From positions 1 to 49,097 of the forward strand of contig JAJRTR010000103.1 in NCBI GenBank assembly GCA_024278215.1: 49,097 nt of DNA, read 5' to 3'. Within the stretch, counting starts at the first letter, position 1. Every line of letters starts with the position of its first letter. This document shows positions 40,904-49,097 of the stretch, in pieces. Source of the stretch: a bacterium (lineage in GTDB: Bacteria > UBP15 > UBA6099 > JAJRTR01). The position numbers and the translations under genes are program-made. The notes beneath the pieces are model-generated. The model ran no database searches, was not told where the DNA came from, and saw only the letters and a program-made list of their open reading frames with translations.

Positions 40904-43900
40904 ATGGCAAAGAAGGATCAGAAACAGACAACTACAAGAGCTTACACGATGCGGCTGAAAGGCATGGATCCGGAAGACAGTAGCTGGCGCGATATGCTGT
41001 GGGAAAGCCATGTCGCTATCAATCGTGGCGCTCGCGCATTCGGGGACTGGCTTCTCACGTTCCGTGGTGGTATCTGCCACACTCTTGCTGATACGCCGGT
41101 GCCTGTGAAAGGAAAGCCGGACAGGGAACCAACGCGCGAGGAGAAAAAAGACAAACGTATTCTCCTGGCTCTTTCCTGGCTTTCTGTGGAGTCGGAAGCT
41201 GGAGCTCCACAGAAATATCTCGTATCACACGAAGGAAAAGGCAAACGTCGAAGGTGGCAGACAGTCGAAGCGCTCGAAGATATTCTGCACACGCGCGGAC
41301 TGCCGCCGGAAGCTATTCGGTCATGGCTGGCGGACTGCGCCCCCGCCGTCTCTTCAGCAATCCGCGACGATGCTGTCTGGGTGAACCGAAGCAAAGCCTT
41401 TGACGACGCTGTGAAAATGATCGGCGATTCTCTAACAAGAGACGAAATCTGGGACCTTCTCGACAGGTTCTTTAATAGCAAAACCCAGTACATCACTCCA
41501 ATTGAAAAACTGTCCGATAAAGATGATGATGCGCCCACGGAAAAAATCGAGAGCAAGGATCTCGTTCAAAAAGCACTGGGATGGATAAGTAACAGATTCG
41601 GGAAAGCCAAAGGTGCTGATTTCGAGTCTATGGCTTATGCGTTTGATGTAATTGCAGATTGGGCGAAGTCGGAGAATGCCGGGATCGATACAAAAGAGGG
41701 ATTATCAAACCTCATCGCGAAATTGAAAGATAAGGGATTGGTTGTATCTCAAGACAACCCGGCAGGGATCATGAACCTGGTGAGCAGGCCAGGACCACCC
41801 AACAAAATGCTGCTGACTATAAAATCCATATCAAAAAAAACGTGTATTGATGACGAAACATTAAACATCCTCAAAGGAGCATCCACAGACGCAGAGGAAT
41901 GCAGAAAAAAGATAGGTCGAAAAGGGCCGAAACCATGGTCGGATGGCATCCTTGCAGACATAGAATCGCAATGCGGTTTTACATATCGAAAACCTGGAGG
42001 TACTGCGGCAAACGCCGAGTTCTCCGTCATGCTCGATCATGCCGCAAGGCGCGTATCCGGAAATCAGTCGTGGATCCGGCTTGCCGAGGCCAATCGGCGA
42101 TCTTTCGACAATGAAGCCGATAAGATTTCACTCGTACTCGACGACGCGAAAACATGGCTCGACGCATATTGCGAGAGAAGAGCCGGCACTTCGGGAGCTA
42201 TCGATGCATACGTAATAAACAAACGCGCTATCGAGGGGTGGGGGCATGTAGTTCAAGCATGGTCACAACCTGATTGCAAAACTGTAGAAGACCGTATCAA
42301 GGCGGCCCGCAATCTGCAGAGCGATCAGGATATCGAGAAATTCGGAGACATCCAACTCTTTGAAGCACTCGCCGATGACGATGCAGTTTGTGTCTGGCTG
42401 AAAGACGGCAAACCATCGCCTGACAATCTCAAAAACTATGTCGCAGCCGCCATCGCCGTGCGCAATAAACTCCGTTTCAAAGTTCCTGCATACAGGCACC
42501 CCGATCCTCTCCTGCATCCTGTCTTCATCGACTATGGCAACTCACGCCTCTTCATAAAGTTCGCCGCTCATAAACCCAAAAAGGGACAGGACATCCGTTC
42601 CCTTGTCATGACCATAATCCGCAATGGCGCGCCTGAAACTGTTTCCCTGTTGTGGCAATCGAAAAAACTCATGGCCGATTTCGACCTGCGAAACAAACTC
42701 CTTGAGTCCAAAAACGAATCATCCGAGCCGGCAAATGTCTCACGCGCCGACAGGCTCGGCCTCGCCGCATCGGCCGCCGACCCCGACGGTGAGATACATA
42801 TAATGAATGTATTCGATGAGAAACACTGGAACGGTCGCCTCCAGGCGCCCCGCGCGCAGCTCGAAGCCCTCGACAGAGCGCTCAGGAAGAACGGAGGCCA
42901 GTGGGATGAGCGAACCCTGCGCATGAAAAACAGCATACAATGGTTCGTCACTTTCTCCCCCAAGCTACAGCCCGCCGGACCATGGATAGACTTCGCGAAA
43001 CATAATGGATTAAACCCTAACAGTAAGTACTACCCACCTGCTACCCTCAACAAGGGCCGCAAAGGCATGGCCCGCATCCTGCTCTCGCGGCTGCCCGGAT
43101 TGCGCATTTTATCTGTAGACCTGGGCCATCGCATCGCCGCTTCCTGTGCTGTCTGGGAAACTCTTTCAAGTGAGCAAATGCAGGCCGCCTGCTCCGCCGC
43201 CGGTCACGATGCACCCGGATCAGACGACATCTTCATTCATCTTTCTTCGCAGAATCCTGAAGGCCAAACCCGAAATGTTATTTACAGGCGAATCGGCGCA
43301 GACCTCCTCCCCGACGGTTCTCCGCACCCGGCACCGTGGGCCAGGCTCGACAGACAGTTTCCTGTCAAGCTCCAGGGAGAAGCCGAAAAACCACGAAAAC
43401 CCGGTCCGCTGGAATACGAAGCCGTTGCCGCCCTCGAACAGAAAATCGGACTCGTCGAAACTGAACCTATAGAAAAACGATTCCATCACGTCGACAAACT
43501 CATGTCCCACGCGGTGCGCATCGGAAGACTCGGGCTCCGAAGGCACACCACCGCTGCCCGCATCGCCTTCAACCTGACAACTGATAAGAAAGCGCTTCCC
43601 GGAGGCTCAGCAGAGAAACTTTCTGACGACGACCGGGTCAAACTCCTCACTGACTCTCTTTTCGAGTGGCATCTATCAGCTTCATCCACCAGGTGGAAAT
43701 CACCAGTTGCGTCCGCCTTGTGGAAAGAACACATACAGCCGCTGACCTCCGGCATCGAACTCCCGGACCCCGATTCACAGGACACCGAGATGTCCGCACC
43801 AGCGAGAAAGAAGAAGAACGACACGCTTAAAGCCACACTTAAACCCGCTGCTGAAAAACTCGCCGGCGACAGAGCTCTTTGTATTAAGCTGCACAAACTA

Positions 43901-45142
43901 TGGGCCGACCTCTGGGCACGCGAAGATAGCGATTGGAAAGTGAGCCTGCGCACCCTGCGAGACTGGTTGCTGCCGTCCGGCAAATCAACCGCCTCGGGCG
44001 CCATCCGCTGCGTCGGCGGTCTCTCTGTCGAGCGCATTACCACTCTGAAATCTCTTTACCAGCTGCAGAAGGCATTCTTCACACGGCTAACTCCCGAAGG
44101 AAGGCAGGTAGATGAATCTTCCGGCCAGCCGCTCACCGCAGGCGAACACTTCGGAAAACGCACTCTCGACGCTATAGAAAAACTCAGGGAAAACCGCGTC
44201 AAGCAGACAGCTTCACGCATTACAGAAGCCGCGCTCGGAATAGGAATCGAATCGAAAAGACCTATCGAAAAAGATTCAAAAAGATTCAAAGGAAAGATGC
44301 CAGCCCGGCCTTCTCGCCAGGTCTTTAAACCCTGTCATGCCGTCATCGTCGAAAATCTCCGGCACTACCGCCCGGAAGAAGTACGCACAAGACGCGAGAA
44401 CAGGCAACTGATGTCGTGGGCCTCCTCGAAAATATTCGACCACCTGGCCAATGCCTGTGAACTCAACGGTTTGCTGCTTCGTGAAGTGTCCGCCGCTTAC
44501 ACATCGAGACAGGACTCACGCACAGGAGCGCCCGGCAGCAGATGCAAAGATGTGCCGGTGAAGGATTTTATTGGAGGAAAATCTTTCTGGAAAAACGAAA
44601 TCGCACGCTCAGACAAGAAATTCAAGAAAGGGACAGCCGACTCCCGTGACGACCTGCTGCTCGATCTGCGAAACTTCTGGGAAGACAAACCGCCCGAAGT
44701 CATCGAAAAAGCCCGCCCGATCCGCATCATCTACAGGGGCGGCGAACTCTTCGTTTCCGCCGATGCTCTCTCGCCTCTCTCCAACGGTATCCAGGCCGAC
44801 ATAAACGCCGCCGCCAATATCGGCCTCAAAGCGTTGCTCGATCCCGACTGGGCCGGTGCATGGTGGTATGTGCCGTGCAACACAAAGACGCACAAACCCC
44901 TCGCCAGGCGCGCTGGAGGCTCGACGGCAATCGACACTTCGCAGTCTCTTAAGGAAGATGACACCAGTGAAAAAAGCGGTAAGAAGAAAAACACAAAGAA
45001 AACCAGGGATGTTGTGAATTTATGGCGCGACCCTTCAGGCGGTCCCGTCCATGATTCTCAATGGAGCCCCACAACCGAATACTGGCAGGATGTCCAGAAA
45101 AGAGTTGTCAGTGTGCTGAGAAAATATAATAAACTGGAGTAA
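40904..45142 (+). CDS. cas12b: Type V-B CRISPR effector Cas12b (C2c1), ~1412 aa
   Basis: N-terminal RAYTMRL...LWESH.A.NRG...FGDWLLT; RuvC-I LSVDLGHR (D at 43118), RuvC-II VIVENL (E at 44351), YTSRQDSRTGAPG, RuvC-III ADINAAANIG (D at 44798); next to cas4-1, cas2 and array; GGAGG RBS favours ATG 40904 over 40844. Confidence 0.95.
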   Translation: MAKKDQKQTTTRAYTMRLKGMDPEDSSWRDMLWESHVAINRGARAFGDWLLTFRGGICHTLADTPVPVKGKPDREPTREEKKDKRILLALSWLSVESEAGAPQKYLVSHEGKGKRRRWQTVEALEDILHTRGLPPEAIRSWLADCAPAVSSAIRDDAVWVNRSKAFDDAVKMIGDSLTRDEIWDLLDRFFNSKTQYITPIEKLSDKDDDAPTEKIESKDLVQKALGWISNRFGKAKGADFESMAYAFDVIADWAKSENAGIDTKEGLSNLIAKLKDKGLVVSQDNPAGIMNLVSRPGPPNKMLLTIKSISKKTCIDDETLNILKGASTDAEECRKKIGRKGPKPWSDGILADIESQCGFTYRKPGGTAANAEFSVMLDHAARRVSGNQSWIRLAEANRRSFDNEADKISLVLDDAKTWLDAYCERRAGTSGAIDAYVINKRAIEGWGHVVQAWSQPDCKTVEDRIKAARNLQSDQDIEKFGDIQLFEALADDDAVCVWLKDGKPSPDNLKNYVAAAIAVRNKLRFKVPAYRHPDPLLHPVFIDYGNSRLFIKFAAHKPKKGQDIRSLVMTIIRNGAPETVSLLWQSKKLMADFDLRNKLLESKNESSEPANVSRADRLGLAASAADPDGEIHIMNVFDEKHWNGRLQAPRAQLEALDRALRKNGGQWDERTLRMKNSIQWFVTFSPKLQPAGPWIDFAKHNGLNPNSKYYPPATLNKGRKGMARILLSRLPGLRILSVDLGHRIAASCAVWETLSSEQMQAACSAAGHDAPGSDDIFIHLSSQNPEGQTRNVIYRRIGADLLPDGSPHPAPWARLDRQFPVKLQGEAEKPRKPGPLEYEAVAALEQKIGLVETEPIEKRFHHVDKLMSHAVRIGRLGLRRHTTAARIAFNLTTDKKALPGGSAEKLSDDDRVKLLTDSLFEWHLSASSTRWKSPVASALWKEHIQPLTSGIELPDPDSQDTEMSAPARKKKNDTLKATLKPAAEKLAGDRALCIKLHKLWADLWAREDSDWKVSLRTLRDWLLPSGKSTASGAIRCVGGLSVERITTLKSLYQLQKAFFTRLTPEGRQVDESSGQPLTAGEHFGKRTLDAIEKLRENRVKQTASRITEAALGIGIESKRPIEKDSKRFKGKMPARPSRQVFKPCHAVIVENLRHYRPEEVRTRRENRQLMSWASSKIFDHLANACELNGLLLREVSAAYTSRQDSRTGAPGSRCKDVPVKDFIGGKSFWKNEIARSDKKFKKGTADSRDDLLLDLRNFWEDKPPEVIEKARPIRIIYRGGELFVSADALSPLSNGIQADINAAANIGLKALLDPDWAGAWWYVPCNTKTHKPLARRAGGSTAIDTSQSLKEDDTSEKSGKKKNTKKTRDVVNLWRDPSGGPVHDSQWSPTTEYWQDVQKRVVSVLRKYNKLE

Positions 45143-45145
45143 CCC

Positions 45146-46879
45146 GTGACAGACGAATATCTCTGGCCCGCACGAAATGTTGCTGAATACGCGTATTGCC
45201 CGCGACTGTTCTATCTTATGGAAGTCGAAGGCATACACGTGCCGAGCTCGGACACTGAAGAAGGCAATATCGTGCATTCCCGTGTCGACAAGCCCGGCTC
45301 AAAACCGCAGACACCGGACGCTGCACAAGAAGCCGGCGCGCACGTTTCGCAAAAGCCGGAATCCGTGCGCAGCCTTACGCTGACGGACAAAAAACTGCAA
45401 CTGACCGCCACACTCGATCTGGCAGAGCTGAAAGGCGTGGAAGCCGTCCCCGTCGAATATCGAAGAGGGCGTCCACGCCATGCTGTCATAGCGCCCCCTC
45501 CGGACGACCCCGACGACGCGCAACAGAAACCCCTCACACGGCCCGAACCATGGCCCACCGACCGGGTCCAGATCGGACTCCAGTCCATTCTCCTCGAAAA
45601 CAACGGCTACATTGTCCCCAGAGCCGTTCTCTACTACGCGGCAGAAAAACGCAGACTTGAAATCACCATCGACGCAGCTATAAAAGCCGAAGCCATCGAC
45701 ACGCTCGAAGCGGCAAAAGATTGTGCCGCCCACCAGAGGCCGCTCCCTCTGGTTAATGACCCCAGGTGCCCTCGTTGTTCCCTCCAGCCTGTCTGCCTGC
45801 CCGACGAAATAAATTACCAGCGTTTCACGGACAGAAAACCGGAACTCACACCAAGAAAAATATGGCCGCCCCGGGACGACGGCATCCATGTAGTAGCGCA
45901 GAAAGACGGCATACGAATAGGCGTCAGAGGAATGTCGCTATACGTCACAGACCGCAACGGCAAAAAAACAAGTGAAGTGCCCGTCACAAATATCGAAAGC
46001 TTGTCTATCATCGGCAAAGTGCAATTAACCACACAGGCCCTCCATGTACTCGCCGAGCGTAATATTCCCATTGCTTTCCTCTCGGGGGCGGGCCGAATGA
46101 TCGCCATGATCGACCCGCTCGGCCCGGTAAGCGCTTCCGTCAGAGCAGCGCAATTCAAGGGTTTCAACGATCCCGTGAAATGCCTGGAAATCACAAAGCG
46201 CCTGGTAGCCGCAAAGATAAGCAATCAGCGCACCATGCTGCTAAGAAACTTCCCGGACACACCAAAAAAATGCGCCCGCGAACTGAAAACACTCATCAGC
46301 AATACCCTGGATGCCGCGACCATCGATTCCATCAGAGGCCTTGAAGGAAATGCCGCGGCCATATATTTCGAACAATTCCCGAACATGATAAAATGCGACG
46401 CCGCTTCAGAATTCGCCGCACACGGCAGGCAGCGCCGCCCTCCGCCCGACCCGATAAACTCCTGCCTCTCCATGGCCTACACAATGCTTGCTCATGAATG
46501 CACCTCCGCCGCTCGCATCGCCGGGCTCGAACCATCTCTGGGCGCCTATCACGTATACCGCCCGGGCAGACCCGCCCTGGCTCTCGATCTCATGGAGCCC
46601 TTCCGCCCTCTTGTCGCCGACTCCGTCGCTCTCACCGCATTCAACAAAAACGAACTGCGCGACAGCCACTTCCGGCGCACCGCCGCAGGCTGCCTGCTTT
46701 CAGATGCCGGCCGCAGAGCTTTCTTCAACGCCTATGGCAGACGCCTCAACACCGACGTCACACACCCTGTGTTCGATTACAGACTCAGCTACAGACGCAT
46801 GATAATCCTTCATGCACGCATGATAGCCGCATGGCTGAGAGGAGAAATCCCCCGGCTCGAATTCCTCACTACCAGATAG
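45146..46879 (+). CDS. cas1: Cas4-Cas1 fusion
   Basis: Cas4 part: YCPRLFY, PVEYRRG, RVQIGLQ, CPRCSLQPVC (Fe-S cysteines). Cas1 part: GLEGNAA, RRPPPDP.N, GAYH, LALDLMEPFRP. Confidence 0.95.
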   Translation: MTDEYLWPARNVAEYAYCPRLFYLMEVEGIHVPSSDTEEGNIVHSRVDKPGSKPQTPDAAQEAGAHVSQKPESVRSLTLTDKKLQLTATLDLAELKGVEAVPVEYRRGRPRHAVIAPPPDDPDDAQQKPLTRPEPWPTDRVQIGLQSILLENNGYIVPRAVLYYAAEKRRLEITIDAAIKAEAIDTLEAAKDCAAHQRPLPLVNDPRCPRCSLQPVCLPDEINYQRFTDRKPELTPRKIWPPRDDGIHVVAQKDGIRIGVRGMSLYVTDRNGKKTSEVPVTNIESLSIIGKVQLTTQALHVLAERNIPIAFLSGAGRMIAMIDPLGPVSASVRAAQFKGFNDPVKCLEITKRLVAAKISNQRTMLLRNFPDTPKKCARELKTLISNTLDAATIDSIRGLEGNAAAIYFEQFPNMIKCDAASEFAAHGRQRRPPPDPINSCLSMAYTMLAHECTSAARIAGLEPSLGAYHVYRPGRPALALDLMEPFRPLVADSVALTAFNKNELRDSHFRRTAAGCLLSDAGRRAFFNAYGRRLNTDVTHPVFDYRLSYRRMIILHARMIAAWLRGEIPRLEFLTTR

Positions 46880-46893
46880 AAAGGATATTCCCG

Positions 46894-47184
46894 ATGCGCA
46901 GATGCTACATCGTATGCTACGACATCGCAGACCCAAAAAGACTCAGACTTGTCCACAGAACACTCAAAGGCTACGGCGAAAAATGGCAATACTCCGTCTT
47001 CTTCTGTGTTCTCAAAGACATAGACCGTGTCAGGCTCCAGGGCGACCTGAAAAGCATCATCAACAATGACGCGGACCAGGTCCTTATCATCGACTATGGC
47101 CCCGACGAAACAAAAGCTCGCGAAAATGTCACCACACTCGGCGCCTCACTGCCCGAACAACAAAGTTTCACACTTGTAATCTGA
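46894..47184 (+). CDS. cas2: CRISPR-associated endoribonuclease Cas2 (96 aa)
   Basis: MRRCYIVCYDIADPKRLR..., QYSVF; AAGGA RBS; 3' end of listed ORF 46498..47184. Confidence 0.95.
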   Translation: MRRCYIVCYDIADPKRLRLVHRTLKGYGEKWQYSVFFCVLKDIDRVRLQGDLKSIINNDADQVLIIDYGPDETKARENVTTLGASLPEQQSFTLVI

Positions 47185-47186
47185 AC

Positions 47187-47215
47187 TTGACAGGCAGAGC
47201 CATCGATGCTATCAT
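47187..47215 (+). promoter_or_regulatory. Sigma70 promoter for the tracrRNA
   Basis: TTGACA (47187-47192), 17-bp spacer with extended TG at 47207-47208, TATCAT (47210-47215). Confidence 0.8.
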
Positions 47216-47221
47216 ATTGCT

Positions 47222-47315
47222 AAGGTTCTACAGGAACCGGCACCTCCATGAAAGCGTCTTCCTCCTCAACGAGTTCAGCACATGGCATCGTTCAGGTCTG
47301 CGTCGCCGGGCCGGG
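47222..47315 (+). ncRNA. Putative Cas12b tracrRNA
   Basis: 5' hairpin GGTTC/GAACC; CCATG/CATGG stem enclosing GCGTC (pairs with repeat 3' GACGC); CATCGTTCAGG...CGTCGCCGG anti-repeat at 47286-47309; ends approximate. Confidence 0.8.
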
Positions 47316-47332
47316 CATCTGTCCTTTGACAA

Positions 47333-47506
47333 TATCTTTCGAGCATCCAGGTGGCATAGCTACCCCCGGACCATGCTCGAAAGATAGAATACAAGGGAAG
47401 TTTTGACCGGATTGACAAACAATTCCCCTCCCCCAAAAGGACAAGTTAATGCAAGCTCGAAAAACAGAGAAAAAACCTATATGCATAAGCCGGATTTTCG
47501 CCCGCG
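47333..47506 (+). promoter_or_regulatory. CRISPR leader with a 14-bp perfect inverted repeat
   Basis: TATCTTTCGAGCAT (47333-47346) / ATGCTCGAAAGATA (47373-47386), then an A-rich stretch up to repeat 1. Confidence 0.65.
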
Positions 47507-49097
47507 GTCACACCGGCAGACGACACCCCGAACGATGGACGCCTTCCGCTGCTGTAGTTCGTACGGCCATTGCGCGGTCACACCGGCAGACGACACCCCG
47601 AACGATGGACGCAAAACCAGCAGCACCATTTATGATAGTGCATCCGGTCACACCGGCAGACGACACCCCGAACGATGGACGCCGGTTGCTGCTGCGCTTG
47701 CTGGTGTTACACTAGCAGTCACACCGGCAGACGACACCCCGAACGATGGACGCCACGCGCAGAAATGCCGGTGCCGGGACTCGGATTCAAGTCACACCGG
47801 CAGACGACACCCCGAACGATGGACGCAAGTACCCTTCGCACTTTTTTCCGCTTCATTACTGTCACACCGGCAGACGACACCCCGAACGATGGACGCATGA
47901 AGAAGATAATTTCAGTTACGAAAAAGTTTCACGTCACACCGGCAGACGACACCCCGAACGATGGACGCGAATTGATCGTGAACGCGGCGCAGGCACTCAA
48001 TCGTCACACCGGCAGACGACACCCCGAACGATGGACGCTCTCTGGGAACACGAAAAACGGATATGTGTTTTTAGTCACACCGGCAGACGACACCCCGAAC
48101 GATGGACGCTCAACCGCATAGGATTCGGCATTTATGCACCCTGGTCACACCGGCAGACGACACCCCGAACGATGGACGCTAGACTGTTACTAACTCATCA
48201 GTGAGATAATCAAGTCACACCGGCAGACGACACCCCGAACGATGGACGCTGAAAGTCGAACACGTAGATATATCAGAAGTCTCGTCACACCGGCAGACGA
48301 CACCCCGAACGATGGACGCTAAACATGCAGAGAAATATGATAAAAGTAGATTGAGGTCACACCGGCAGACGACACCCCGAACGATGGACGCCGTTGACGA
48401 TCAGCGAAAAGAAAGCGAGTTGCGAGTCACACCGGCAGACGACACCCCGAACGATGGACGCATCTTGCTGAATCGCGAAAAGCGCGTCGCCGATCGTCAC
48501 ACCGGCAGACGACACCCCGAACGATGGACGCCCGTTATCAGTGTTCCGATTGTCGTATAAGTTCCAGTCACACCGGCAGACGACACCCCGAACGATGGAC
48601 GCATACAATCGTAAGCCGACTTGTAATCTCGCGTTAGTCACACCGGCAGACGACACCCCGAACGATGGACGCGGGAAACCTGATTCGATCGCGGCGCGCG
48701 CGCACGGTCACACCGGCAGACGACACCCCGAACGATGGACGCAATCATCGTTCTGAAGTACCGCTTCACCCATGATTGTCACACCGGCAGACGACACCCC
48801 GAACGATGGACGCTCGTCGAGATCGACTTCAACGAATTCACTATTGGTCACACCGGCAGACGACACCCCGAACGATGGACGCTTCTTATGATTAAAAAAA
48901 ATCTTACTGAAGATGATCGTCACACCGGCAGACGACACCCCGAACGATGGACGCCATCGCCATAGCGTGTCACCGTCTCTGCGCTTTACGGTCACACCGG
49001 CAGACGACACCCCGAACGATGGACGCCATCGCCATAGCGTGTCACCGTCTCTGCGCTTTACGGTCACACCGGCAGACGACACCCCGAACGATGGACG
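47507..49097 (+). CRISPR. CRISPR array: 23 repeats of GTCACACCGGCAGACGACACCCCGAACGATGGACGC (36 bp) and 22 spacers of 33-37 bp; runs off the window end
   Basis: Identical repeats start at 47507, 47577, 47647 ... 48991, 49063 (last one missing its final base); orientation inferred from leader position and tracr complementarity. Confidence 0.99.

Noticed and set aside
40844-47184. CRISPR-associated transposon (Cas12k) or a new Cas12 subtype
   Set aside because: RuvC triad is intact, no tnsB/tnsC/tniQ is present, and size, motifs and the cas4-1 + cas2 module match type V-B
47543-49062. Self-targeting spacers or spacers against the MITEs
   Set aside because: No extended match to this window by eye; a whole-genome search is still needed
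47403-49082. Repetitive ORFs (HTGRRHPERWT, SHRQTTPRTMDA, VTPADDTPNDGR)
   Set aside because: These are translations of the CRISPR repeat

Overview
A 49 kb bacterial chromosomal window, probably ending at a contig edge. Most of it is housekeeping: AI-2E transporter, acyl-CoA dehydrogenase, purC, a GldA/F/G-DUF4340 ABC operon, a fadN-fadA beta-oxidation pair, glnS, ABC-F, trmO/tsaA, a SPOR protein, dgt, an FGE-domain protein, glmS, a B12 radical SAM enzyme, rpsB-tsf-pyrH-frr, an acyltransferase, rseP, a phosphodiesterase and der. The last ~8.2 kb hold a complete type V-B CRISPR-Cas locus: cas12b (~1412 aa, intact RuvC D/E/D), a cas4-cas1 fusion, cas2, a tracrRNA readable from the sequence (own sigma70 promoter, bipartite anti-repeat), a leader and at least 23 repeats of 36 bp. 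Intergenic spaces carry several MITE-like repeat families, one with clear target-site duplications, and three families are stacked just upstream of cas12b. fadN has an in-frame premature TAA. A ~2.5 kb very AT-rich stretch has no credible ORF. Family assignments come from motifs and recalled homologues, not from database searches.
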